This document shows, one piece after another, positions 53,439-62,139 of a DNA stretch of 64,000 nucleotides. The first letter of the stretch is position 1; each line of letters opens with the position of its first letter. Source of the stretch: a bacterium (GTDB lineage Bacteria; Patescibacteriota; CPR2; UBA1875; CAIMLA01); assembly GCA_037129835.1 (NCBI GenBank), contig JBAXUE010000003.1, positions 18,793 to 82,792 on the forward strand, given 5' to 3'. The notes under the pieces are model-generated. The model saw only the letters and a program-made list of their open reading frames with translations, had not been told where the DNA came from and ran no database searches. The position numbers and the translations under genes were made by a program.

Positions 53439-55553
53439 TTACTTAGGCCACAAGCTAATTATTAGAGGTTTTTCTTCTTTTAGCTCTTCCCAAATAGTTT
53501 CTGTTAAAAATGGCATAAATGGATGGAGCATTCTTAGCGAATTCCTTAGTACATAGTCGAGCGTGTGTTGCGCTGCAACTTTGCTTTTGTCGTTATCTTG
53601 AATTCTGGTTTTTGCGTTTTCTATATATATGTCACAGAAATCATGCCAAAAAAAGGAATATACCGATTCTGCTGCAATACTTAGTTTGTAGCCCTCAATT
53701 GCTTTCGTTACGACTTTTAAGGTAGATTCGTATTTAATTAAGATATCTTTATCAGCTTGGGTTAATTCTTTTTCAATTGTTTCACGTGAAACAATTTTAT
53801 AATCTTCTAGGTTCATTAAGACAAAACGTGCTGCATTCCAAACTTTATTTGCGAAATGCTTCTGTCCCTTGATGTTTTCCTCAGAAACAGCTACGTCGTT
53901 CTCAATTAAGGCGCCCCAAACCAAGCTCATTCGGAGTGCGTCGGAGCCATATTTATCCACCATCTCTACTGGATCAATCACGTTACCTTTGGATTTACTA
54001 ATCTTTAAGCCTTGTTTATCACGAACAAGTCCATGTAAAACCACATTTTCGAAAGGAGTTTCACCTGTTTCGTAAATTCCGAGCATCATCATGCGGATTA
54101 CCCAGAATGGTAATATGTCGGCAGCGGTTTCCATTACAGTAGTAGGGTAAAAATAGTCGAAATCTTCTTTGCTGTTTACTTCTAGGGCAGCGAAAGGCCA
54201 TTGGCCAGATGAAAACCAAGTATCGAAGGTATCTTTATCCTGGGTGAGCTTGGACGAACCACAATGAGTACAGGTAGGAGGTACTTCCCCTGCAGTGATT
54301 GTCCACTTATTACAACCAGCACAATGCCAAGCAGGAATTCTTATTCCCCATACTATCTGCCGGCTGATGTTCCAGTCACGTAGATTTGTAAGCCAGTGCA
54401 TCGCAGTCTTTTCGAATTTTCTGGCGTTAAAGGTCGTTTGTTTGTTTTCTATCGCAGAGAGTGCAGATTCGGCTAGTTTTTCTACCTTAATAAACCACTG
54501 ATCTTCTAATAAGGGTTCTATAACGGTATTACAACGATAGCACTTACCAACGGAATGGTGCAAATCTTCTGTTTTTGTTAATAATTTGGCTTCCTCGAGC
54601 CTTTTTATTGTTAGCTCTCTAGCTGCTTTCGGCCGCAGTCCCACGTATTCTTCTGGAACATTCTGCATTTTTCCTTCTTTGCTGATGATAGAAATAAGCG
54701 GAAGGTTGTGTTTCTGTCCTATTTCATAATCTGTAGCATCGTGGGCAGGAGTAACCTTGAGCGCGCCCGTACCGAACCCTATTTCTACAAGCTCATCAGC
54801 TATTATTGGCACTTCCCTTCCTATGAGTGGAATAGTAGCGATCTTGCCAACTAGGCTTCCCAGTTTTTTGTCTTTTGGGTTCACCGCTACTGCGACATCG
54901 GCAAATATGGTTTCTGGTCTAGTGGTTGCAATAGTCACGGTACCATAATCTAGGTAGTATAGTTTGTCGTCTTGTTCTTTGTAATCAACCTCAAGTTGAG
55001 AAAAGGCAGTTCCACAGCGGACACAGTAGTTCACTACTCTCTCGCCTCGATATATTAAGTCGTCCTTGAAAAGCTTATTAAACGTTCGATAGACTACTTT
55101 GACAATCGCTGGATCTAGGGTGTATTTACCTCTGGACCAGTCACAAGAGGCACCGAGTGCTCTAAGTTGATTCTCCATATTATTACGGTTATCCACAACA
55201 TAATCCCATATCATTTGGTATAGTGTATCGCGATCATAGTCGAACCTGCTTTTGCCTTCTTTGGCCAATTTTTTCTCAAATACGTATTGCGTTTCTATGC
55301 CTGCATGATCTGCCCCGGGGACCCATAAAGTAGGGCGTCCCTTCATTCTCCAGTAGCGAGTGAGGATATCTTCTACGAATACGAAGCGAGCATGACCGAT
55401 GTGCAGATTGTCATTCGCATTTGGTGGAGGCATTATTATAGTAAAGGGCTTTTCACCTTTTTTGATTATTGGCTTAAAGTAGCCATTATCTTCCCAAAAT
55501 TTGTATATTCTTTTTTCGTTTTCGGCCGGGCTGTATGCTTTTGCCATTTCCAT
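53439..55553 (-). CDS. valS: Valyl-tRNA synthetase (compact form)
   Basis: HIGH as PPPNANDNLHIGHA, KMSKS as KISKSKGNVIDP, ISRQIVWGIRIPAW motif typical of ValRS; 704 aa; preceded by a T-box-like leader. Confidence 0.65.
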   Translation of the reverse strand: MEMAKAYSPAENEKRIYKFWEDNGYFKPIIKKGEKPFTIIMPPPNANDNLHIGHARFVFVEDILTRYWRMKGRPTLWVPGADHAGIETQYVFEKKLAKEGKSRFDYDRDTLYQMIWDYVVDNRNNMENQLRALGASCDWSRGKYTLDPAIVKVVYRTFNKLFKDDLIYRGERVVNYCVRCGTAFSQLEVDYKEQDDKLYYLDYGTVTIATTRPETIFADVAVAVNPKDKKLGSLVGKIATIPLIGREVPIIADELVEIGFGTGALKVTPAHDATDYEIGQKHNLPLISIISKEGKMQNVPEEYVGLRPKAARELTIKRLEEAKLLTKTEDLHHSVGKCYRCNTVIEPLLEDQWFIKVEKLAESALSAIENKQTTFNARKFEKTAMHWLTNLRDWNISRQIVWGIRIPAWHCAGCNKWTITAGEVPPTCTHCGSSKLTQDKDTFDTWFSSGQWPFAALEVNSKEDFDYFYPTTVMETAADILPFWVIRMMMLGIYETGETPFENVVLHGLVRDKQGLKISKSKGNVIDPVEMVDKYGSDALRMSLVWGALIENDVAVSEENIKGQKHFANKVWNAARFVLMNLEDYKIVSRETIEKELTQADKDILIKYESTLKVVTKAIEGYKLSIAAESVYSFFWHDFCDIYIENAKTRIQDNDKSKVAAQHTLDYVLRNSLRMLHPFMPFLTETIWEELKEEKPLIISLWPK

Positions 55554-55730
55554 ATTTGTTTTCCTTATATAAAAACCACACCTAGCTCAGGAGCCCTCTC
55601 GGGCGGTACCATCCTGATTCCTTAGTGTGGGATACTTACTCTTCTGCTATTACGGGCTTACCCGTCGGGTTCTAATTGCTAAATGCTTTCTTCCCGAGAC
55701 TCACTAGTGACTAGCTAGCTCGATGTCTGT
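55554..55730 (-). ncRNA. T-box riboswitch-like leader of valS
   Basis: Minus-strand RNA contains AAUCAGGAUGGUACCGCCCGAGAGGG (15/18 match to T-box consensus AAUUAGGGUGGUACCGCG) about 40-60 nt upstream of the valS ATG, then GGUUUUUAU; a leader of about 177 nt from the predicted promoter; GUCA candidate Val specifier in CUAGUCACUAG. Confidence 0.5.
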
Positions 55731-55736
55731 GACAGA

Positions 55737-55765
55737 ATTTTAGAATATTTTATCGTTTTTGTCAA
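55737..55765 (-). promoter_or_regulatory. Sigma70-like promoter for T-box/valS (TTGACA-N17-TAAAAT on minus strand)
   Basis: Plus-strand tgtcaa (55760-55765) and atttta (55737-55742) are 17 nt apart. Confidence 0.4.
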
Positions 55766-55774
55766 TTAACACTA

Positions 55775-55803
55775 TTGACAATAATGCAATATTATGTTAG
55801 TAT
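55775..55803 (+). promoter_or_regulatory. Divergent sigma70-like promoter for the small GC-rich gene (TTGACA-N17-TAGTAT)
   Basis: ttgaca at 55775-55780, 17-nt spacer, tagtat at 55798-55803; SD GGAGG 6 nt before the ATG at 55889. Confidence 0.4.
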
Positions 55804-55888
55804 ATCCTAGTTCCGTAAGGAACAGCACCTTGCAGTAGTAGTTGTAGTCGCTAGCCATAAAGGTTAGCCCACACCACAGGAGGCAGTA

Positions 55889-56164
55889 ATGTACACACAG
55901 GTTTTTGCTACCGTTTGGCCGCTCCTCGTTTTGACTGCTGGAATAGCAGTTGTGGCACCAAAAGTGCCGCGTTGGACATGGATGGTCATAAATGTTGTGT
56001 CGGGGATTCTTCTCGGCGCTTTCGGCGGACTCGTTTCGTTTACAGCAATCGCCACAGGCGGAAACCCAAATGTCGGCCCAGCTGCACTCCTCTCGTTCGC
56101 GGGAGGACTTGCATGGGCAGCGGTATGGCTCCTGTATTACTGGGAGCACCGCTCGAAGGCATAA
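55889..56164 (+). CDS. Small (91 aa) hydrophobic 3-TM membrane protein in a GC-rich islet
   Basis: MYTQVFATVWPLLVLTAGIAVVAPKVPRWTWMVINVVSGILLGAFGGLVSFTAIATGGNPNVGPAALLSFAGGLAWAAVWLLYYWEHRSKA; own promoter, SD and terminator; local G+C clearly above the surrounding DNA. Confidence 0.5.
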   Translation: MYTQVFATVWPLLVLTAGIAVVAPKVPRWTWMVINVVSGILLGAFGGLVSFTAIATGGNPNVGPAALLSFAGGLAWAAVWLLYYWEHRSKA

Positions 56165-56183
56165 CTACTATGCACGATGCAAA

Positions 56184-56214
56184 GCCTCAGAACCACACGG
56201 TTCTGAGGCTTTTG
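56184..56214 (+). terminator. Rho-independent terminator (gcctcagaacc-acac-ggttctgaggc + TTTTG)
   Basis: 11-bp perfect stem, 4-nt loop, T-tract; between the small gene and the convergent tsaD stop. Confidence 0.55.
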
Positions 56215-56217
56215 CCT

Positions 56218-57288
56218 TTAGATAAGTTTTAAATTCGGATCTGGGACTAAGGATTTCGCATCACAATAATCATCTATTAAGGAATGTTGATATGCGGCCG
56301 CCGCTATCATGGCAGCGTTATCGGTACAGCACTTAATATCTGGTATAAATATATTTACTTTATAATCACCGAGCTCTTCGATAACTTGTTTCCTTAGATT
56401 CGTGTTCGCAGCAACGCCCCCAGACAACAAAACGGTTTTTGGTTTATATTCTTTGACTGCACGAGCAAGGTTTCTCGACATTATTTTATTTGCGGTAAAC
56501 TCAAATGATGCGGAGATGTCTTCTTTCTGCTTTATTGTTAGCGATTCGTTGTCGGCTTTGACTCTTTTAATAAGGTTAAGAACGGCTGTTTTGAGGCCAG
56601 AATACGAGAAGTCAAGACTCTCTTTTGGATTAACCAGAAATCCTTCTTCGTTTCTTTTTGGCGCCGAAGTCAAGTCAGTAATGGGTAGCCTGTAAGCTTC
56701 TTTGTTGCCCAAAAGAGCCATTTTTGATATTTCTGGTCCACCCGGATATCCGAGATCGAGCATTTTTGCTACTTTATCATAAGCTTCACCGGCGGCGTCA
56801 TCTTGGGTTTCTCCGATAATTTTGTAATTAAGGTGCTTCGCCATATAAATCACGTTGGTGTGGCCACCTGATGCCGTTAGGCAAACCAAGGGGAAAGTAG
56901 GCACTTCTGGCAAATTCTTCTTCAACCAGTTTGCATAGATGTGCCCTTCTGTGTGATGAACTGCGATGAGGGGCTTGTTATATATATAGGCCAAAGTTTT
57001 CGCAGTATTTACCCCGACTATTAGTGAACCGATAAGGCCAGGACCTTCAGTAACTGCGATTGCATCAATCTCGTCCCAAGTTACTTCGGCGACGCGAAAA
57101 GCTTCTTCCAAAACGGGAATAATGTGCTTGATATGCTCCCTAGCAGCCACTTCTGGAACAACACCGCCATAAGCACTATGTTCGAGCTGTGTTGCCACAA
57201 TTGAGCTTAGGATAATACTACCATCTGTAACGATCGCCACCGAGGTGTCGTCACAGCTTGTTTCTATTGCTAAAATATTCATAAGCAT
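56218..57288 (-). CDS. tsaD: tRNA N6-adenosine threonylcarbamoyltransferase TsaD (Kae1/Gcp family)
   Basis: MLMNILAIETSCDDTSVAIV..., HHTEGHIYANWL, GVAANTNLR motifs; 356 aa. Confidence 0.85.
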   Translation of the reverse strand: MLMNILAIETSCDDTSVAIVTDGSIILSSIVATQLEHSAYGGVVPEVAAREHIKHIIPVLEEAFRVAEVTWDEIDAIAVTEGPGLIGSLIVGVNTAKTLAYIYNKPLIAVHHTEGHIYANWLKKNLPEVPTFPLVCLTASGGHTNVIYMAKHLNYKIIGETQDDAAGEAYDKVAKMLDLGYPGGPEISKMALLGNKEAYRLPITDLTSAPKRNEEGFLVNPKESLDFSYSGLKTAVLNLIKRVKADNESLTIKQKEDISASFEFTANKIMSRNLARAVKEYKPKTVLLSGGVAANTNLRKQVIEELGDYKVNIFIPDIKCCTDNAAMIAAAAYQHSLIDDYCDAKSLVPDPNLKLI

Positions 57289-57301
57289 ATTCTAACACAG
57301 G

Positions 57302-58321
57302 TTGTACTTTAAGCTCTTGGTCTCAGATGATAGAATGTTAGACATGAGTAAAACATTGAACATATTGTCAGATAGCAAAAACAATCTCTTTCAATCGGAG
57401 CAGTGGGAAGATTATCAAGAGGCATTGGGCAATAAAACTTTTAGAATAAAACTTAATGATGTTTCGGTACTGTTAATAAAAAAACCTTTATATAAAGATA
57501 AAAGTTATTTGTACTGTCCTAAGGGTCCCGTCTGTGATGAGGAAACTTGGTCCGTTCTTAAACGCCAAGCGGGCGAGATAGCAGAAAAAGAATCATGTGT
57601 TTTTCTTAGGGTAGAGCCCTTTGAAATCTCCCAAAAGATTGTTGTCGATTTAAAGCTCAAGAAGGTTGGTACCTACTCACCAAATAGTAAGCAATTTTCG
57701 CCGATGAACACTAGAGTTCTTGATATAGAACCAAGAGATGATGACATTCTCGCCCAAATGAAACCAAAGTGGAGATATAATATCAAGCTTGGATACCGCA
57801 AAGGAGTCCAGGTAAGGATGAGCACAAAACTAGAAGATCTGCGAAAGTTTCATGAACTCTCTTTGGGCCTAAAAGAACGGGGATATACACCTTTTGAGCT
57901 AGCGCACTATGAACGGATGCTCTATTCATTAACTAAAGGAAAGCATATTGCACTTTTCATTGCAGAATATGAGAATAAAATCCTTTCTGCGATCCTTGTT
58001 ACTTTCTACGGCGGAGTAGCGACCTATTTGCACGGTGCTTCTAGCGATGAGTGTAGGGAGTTGATGCCGAATCACTTGGCTCAATGGGAAGCTATATTAG
58101 AATCTAGGCGTCGTGGCTGTGTTTTATATGATTTCTGGGGGATTGCACCTGATGAAGACGAAAATCATCCCTGGGCAGGTATCACACGCTTTAAGAGGGG
58201 TTTTGGCGGTGAAGTAGTAAAATTCGCAGGGGCTTATGATTGTATTTTTGATAAAAAGTGGTATAGTGCTTTTCATACATACAATTTTCTGAGGAAAGTC
58301 ACAAAAAATGAACATCGATAA
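57302..58321 (+). CDS. FemAB-family aminoacyl-tRNA-dependent peptidoglycan peptidyltransferase (FemX/MurM-like)
   Basis: 339 aa; ...YLHGASSDECRELMPNHLAQWEAILESRRRGCVLYDFWGI...RFKRGFGG resembles the FemAB/GNAT-fold family; adjacent to murE. Confidence 0.45.
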   Translation: MYFKLLVSDDRMLDMSKTLNILSDSKNNLFQSEQWEDYQEALGNKTFRIKLNDVSVLLIKKPLYKDKSYLYCPKGPVCDEETWSVLKRQAGEIAEKESCVFLRVEPFEISQKIVVDLKLKKVGTYSPNSKQFSPMNTRVLDIEPRDDDILAQMKPKWRYNIKLGYRKGVQVRMSTKLEDLRKFHELSLGLKERGYTPFELAHYERMLYSLTKGKHIALFIAEYENKILSAILVTFYGGVATYLHGASSDECRELMPNHLAQWEAILESRRRGCVLYDFWGIAPDEDENHPWAGITRFKRGFGGEVVKFAGAYDCIFDKKWYSAFHTYNFLRKVTKNEHR

Positions 58322-59615
58322 TATATTAAATACTGGACGAAAAATTATTCCCAAGAAAGTCTTTGCATCAGCACAGCCTTTTTATCATCTATTGCTTTCC
58401 ATAACGGGGAATATCCGATATGGGTTCCCAGGAAAGAAGATGATAGTCGTGGGGGTGACTGGGACAAATGGTAAATCAACGACAACGGAGCTTATATTAT
58501 CAGTTTTTAAGGAAAACGGCTTAAAATCAGGGATGTTATCAACCGTAGCCTTTGAAATTGCTGGCAAAAGAGCTGAAAACACAACAAATCGAACTACTCT
58601 TGGCCGTTGGCAGACACCAAAGAAGCTGCGAGAGATGGTAGATGCTGGTTGTACTCATGCAATAATCGAAGTAGCCAGTGAGGGGCTAGTCATGAATCGA
58701 GTTTGGGGGGTACCATTTGACGTTGCTGTTTTTACTAATTTATCCCCAGAGCATTTGAATACTCACAAAACTATGGAAAACTATCGTAATGCCAAGGGAC
58801 TTATGTTTTCTGGCCTCAAAAATTCATTTAAAAAAAGCGCCCCAAAGACGATAGTCGTTAACGCAGATGACAAAGAAGCCAAATACTTTATGGGTTTTGA
58901 AGCGGATCAGAAGATAACCTTTGGTATAAATGACGGTCAAGTTTGGGCAACTAATATGTATTTTGAAGATGAGACCAAATATACTCTGGTTGATGACAAG
59001 ACAAAATACGAAGTAAGGTCTAGTTTGCCGGCAAGATTCAATATTTATAATCAGCTAGCCGCCTATTCTGTAGGCAAGGCACTCTCTTTGAATCCAGGAA
59101 AATGTATCAAAGGGCTAGAAAAGGTAAAAAAAGTGCTAGGCAGGATGGAAGAAGTCCCAAACGATATTGGGATTAAGATAATAGTAGACTACGCCGTAAC
59201 GCCTGATGCATTTGAGCTTTTGTTCTCAGAACTTAGAAGAACTACAAAGGGTAAAATAATTGCAGTTTTTGGCGCTACGGGTGACAGAGACAAGGATAAA
59301 AGACCACTTCTGGGGGAAGTAGCTGCCAAGATGACAAACTATTTGATAATTACTGACGAAGAATCTTACAGTGAAAATCCTGCAGTGATTGTCGATTCCA
59401 TAGCTGAAGGTGTCGAAAGAGTTCGCAAGGGTAACTATGAAATAATTCTCGACCGCAGAGAAGCGATTAAGCAAGCTTTAGTTTTGGCAAAAGTAGGCGA
59501 TACGGTCGTAATTACCGGAATGGGACATCAAAAATATCGTAATGTCGGTGGTGATAAAAAAGTCGAATGGAATGAGGCCAAGGTCATCGGAAACATTCTA
59601 TCAGAACTCAAATAA
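58308..59615 (+). CDS. murE: UDP-N-acetylmuramoyl-tripeptide (Mur) ligase, MurE-like
   Basis: P-loop VVGVTGTNGKSTTT, DYAVTPDAFE (DYAHTPDA-like), Mur ligase C-terminal domain; 435 aa. Confidence 0.65.
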   Translation: MNIDNILNTGRKIIPKKVFASAQPFYHLLLSITGNIRYGFPGKKMIVVGVTGTNGKSTTTELILSVFKENGLKSGMLSTVAFEIAGKRAENTTNRTTLGRWQTPKKLREMVDAGCTHAIIEVASEGLVMNRVWGVPFDVAVFTNLSPEHLNTHKTMENYRNAKGLMFSGLKNSFKKSAPKTIVVNADDKEAKYFMGFEADQKITFGINDGQVWATNMYFEDETKYTLVDDKTKYEVRSSLPARFNIYNQLAAYSVGKALSLNPGKCIKGLEKVKKVLGRMEEVPNDIGIKIIVDYAVTPDAFELLFSELRRTTKGKIIAVFGATGDRDKDKRPLLGEVAAKMTNYLIITDEESYSENPAVIVDSIAEGVERVRKGNYEIILDRREAIKQALVLAKVGDTVVITGMGHQKYRNVGGDKKVEWNEAKVIGNILSELK

Positions 59616-59768
59616 TTTACTTTTTATAGTATATCTCATACTGGGTTGCTTATTTATTTCCTTAATTAATTATCTGAAACTAGCATTTGTTCTCGTCACC
59701 CTTGACAAAGGAGCTATAAAGCGTTATTATGTGTGGTCAAATTAAATTCAGAAAAACCAGGAGCAAGC

Positions 59769-61385
59769 ATGGAATTGTCCCCAAAACAACAAATAGCAGA
59801 ACTGATAAAGAGTAATCAGCGAATTTTGATAGTTGGCCACAAAAACTCGGGTGGTGATCTTATCGGTTCTATGCTGGCGCTCGAACGAGTGCTTGTTTCT
59901 CAAGGCAAGGAAGTTTCTTTGGTATTGTCAGAAGGCGTTGAGACGGCTCACCTGTTCCTACCTGGTGTTGAGAAGATCGGTCGTGAACTATCAGGCCAAA
60001 GAGATCTTATCGTTAGGATTGATAAAAACGCAAACAAAATTGAAAAAATCGCTTATAACGAAGAAAATGGATTTCTTAATATTGTTATCACACCTAGTGG
60101 TAAAGCAATTGCGAAATCAAATTTGAATATAGTAGATGGTAATTACAAATACGACCTTATTTTCGTGTTAGACACACAGGATGTAGAAAAAATTGACCCC
60201 GTTTATGATAAATATACGGAACTATTTTTCGAAGTACCGATAATCAATATCGATCATCATGCAGGAAACGAGCATTTTGGAACCGTTAACTTGGTCGATA
60301 TGACAGCGACCTCTACGGCAGAAATTTTAGTATCTATTATTGAGGCAATCGGGCCAGGGAACTTTGATGCTGATGTGGCGACTTGTTTACTTACTGGGCT
60401 TATCGCCGATACGGCTAGCTTTAAAAATACTAATACTACGCCAAAATCATTAACAATATCAGCACAGATGTTGGCAGCTGGGGCGAGACAGCAAGAGATT
60501 ATTCAAAATTTATATAAGGCTAGACCGATTCAAACGTTGAAACTTTGGGGCAAGCTGCTATCAGGTCTTGAATATGACGCAGAACATCGAATCGTCTATA
60601 CGGTTGTGAATAAAGAAGATCTGAGCACAGCAAAAGCCTCTATCGAAGATGTTCAAATTGTACTGGATGAGCTCCTTAGCAGCACTCCAGGAACTGATAT
60701 CGTACTAGTACTAGTCGAGAACAACGCCAATATTACTGGTTTGTTGCGCGGTTTAAATGGTCAAGACGTACTATCTTTAGCAGAAGGCTTTGGCGGTAAT
60801 GGTAAGGCTCTAGAGGCAAGCTTCGAAGTCCAAAATGCAACAATAGCCAATAATAAAGAACAAATCATAACAAAAATAATGAATTTCAGAGATGCTCAGC
60901 TAGGTAAGCCCCAAAATCAGCCCATCTCAGTAATGGTAGAGAAGGCTGAACCCCCAAAGGTAGCTGTAGAAGAAGTCAAAATAACTGAGATTAAAGTTAT
61001 TGACAATGGAACTCAGCAAGAAGACGTAAACGAGCTTATCTCGATAGAGAAAACAATCGATAATACGCCAGAGGAAATCGCTGGCGATAACGGTTTTTCG
61101 TTAGAGGAAATATTTACCCCAACACCTGAGTACGCACCAGTAGAGGAAGATGTTGTCCTCGAAGTCTCTGACGATTCCATAGAAAAGGCTCTGGAATCTA
61201 TCGATCTAGAGATAGAGGGAGCACCCGTCCCGATACTGGATTCTCCTAATATCGATATAGAAGAAGTAAAAACAAAAAGTGAAACATTACAAAAAATCGG
61301 AGAAGTTATGAGGGGTTATAAGCCAGGAACTTCTGAGCCAGAAAACGGAAATCAACCTATAGATTCTACGATTTGGAAGAAATAA
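59769..61385 (+). CDS. DHH-family phosphoesterase (NrnA-like oligoribonuclease/pAp phosphatase) with long acidic C-terminal extension
   Basis: Start at MELSPKQ with AGGAG upstream; GHKNSGGD, NIDHHAGNEHFG (DHH), C-terminal ~170 aa Glu/Asp-rich. Confidence 0.6.
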   Translation: MELSPKQQIAELIKSNQRILIVGHKNSGGDLIGSMLALERVLVSQGKEVSLVLSEGVETAHLFLPGVEKIGRELSGQRDLIVRIDKNANKIEKIAYNEENGFLNIVITPSGKAIAKSNLNIVDGNYKYDLIFVLDTQDVEKIDPVYDKYTELFFEVPIINIDHHAGNEHFGTVNLVDMTATSTAEILVSIIEAIGPGNFDADVATCLLTGLIADTASFKNTNTTPKSLTISAQMLAAGARQQEIIQNLYKARPIQTLKLWGKLLSGLEYDAEHRIVYTVVNKEDLSTAKASIEDVQIVLDELLSSTPGTDIVLVLVENNANITGLLRGLNGQDVLSLAEGFGGNGKALEASFEVQNATIANNKEQIITKIMNFRDAQLGKPQNQPISVMVEKAEPPKVAVEEVKITEIKVIDNGTQQEDVNELISIEKTIDNTPEEIAGDNGFSLEEIFTPTPEYAPVEEDVVLEVSDDSIEKALESIDLEIEGAPVPILDSPNIDIEEVKTKSETLQKIGEVMRGYKPGTSEPENGNQPIDSTIWKK

Positions 61386-61486
61386 GCTATTTGGGCATTT
61401 TTAGCGTTGTTTAAAAGGGTGGATACAAGCCACAGAAAGCTTGTAAGCAGTCTATTGTGAACAACTAGGTCTTAGGGGGGAGACAA

Positions 61487-61864
61487 ATGTCTGGAATTAG
61501 GATAGGTAAGTGGATTGGCTGGCATCTGTTTGTCAAAAGCAATAACCTCTCCGATGAGGGTGTTGTGACAGAATGTCTCGGCCAGGAAGGTATTATTACC
61601 TTCGAAACAAATAACGGTGAATTTAGCTTCTATTCCGATTCGCTAAAAAAAGGCGGACGCGGATACGAAGTATCCGGGGACGCACCCAGGAAGGCGTATT
61701 TAGTTCCTGTGGGGGTGACTCTGTCAGAAAGACTTGTTCTTGCACTATTCACGATTGTCCTTTTGATGATCTACGCTGTAGCTATCTGGTATGGAATAAA
61801 AGGTATTCAAGCCTTTTTCCACTCAGATATCCTGCGAATCATCGCTGATATCGGACCACTCTAG
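61487..61864 (+). CDS. Hypothetical protein with C-terminal TM helix, in second GC-rich islet
   Basis: 125 aa; SD GGGGGGAG; C-terminal LVLALFTIVLLMIYAVAIWYGIKGI; G+C noticeably higher than flanks. Confidence 0.4.
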   Translation: MSGIRIGKWIGWHLFVKSNNLSDEGVVTECLGQEGIITFETNNGEFSFYSDSLKKGGRGYEVSGDAPRKAYLVPVGVTLSERLVLALFTIVLLMIYAVAIWYGIKGIQAFFHSDILRIIADIGPL

Positions 61865-61882
61865 ACGAGGGAGGTGAGGCGT

Positions 61883-62065
61883 ATGTCTAAGCACGTAGGG
61901 GAGATGACGGAGGTCCAATTTCGGATTCATCTTCTTGATCACTGCAAATCGCAAACTCCCATCGAAGTTCAGGAGTTCGAGGAGATCGTGCAGGAAGCTG
62001 TACGGCGAGGGTACGGTGAAGATATGGCCAGACAAGGATGGCTAGTTCGCAATAAGAAAACATAA
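61883..62065 (+). CDS. Small (60 aa) charged protein, second gene of the GC-rich islet
   Basis: MSKHVGEMTEVQFRIHLLDHCKSQTPIEVQEFEEIVQEAVRRGYGEDMARQGWLVRNKKT; GAGGGAGG SD; 18-nt gap after the previous gene. Confidence 0.35.
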   Translation: MSKHVGEMTEVQFRIHLLDHCKSQTPIEVQEFEEIVQEAVRRGYGEDMARQGWLVRNKKT

Positions 62066-62115
62066 GCGGCCGGGGACCGCAATGAAATACGTTTCGTTGC
62101 TGGGCCACCGGCCGC
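62066..62115. terminator. GC-rich nested hairpin between the islet and the convergent trpS
   Basis: gcggccgg...ccggccgc outer 8-bp stem with an inner gcaatgaaa/tttcgttgc stem. Confidence 0.4.
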
Positions 62116-62139
62116 GATTCGTTTAGGAGATATGGTTAG

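Noticed and set aside
55772-56232. Alternative ORFs in the GC-rich islet (55772..56149 minus, 55915..56232 plus, 55992..56225 plus, 55864..56055 minus)
   Set aside because: Only 55889..56164 (+) has a promoter, a correctly spaced SD, hydrophobic TM periodicity and a downstream terminator. The others are frame artefacts of high GC.
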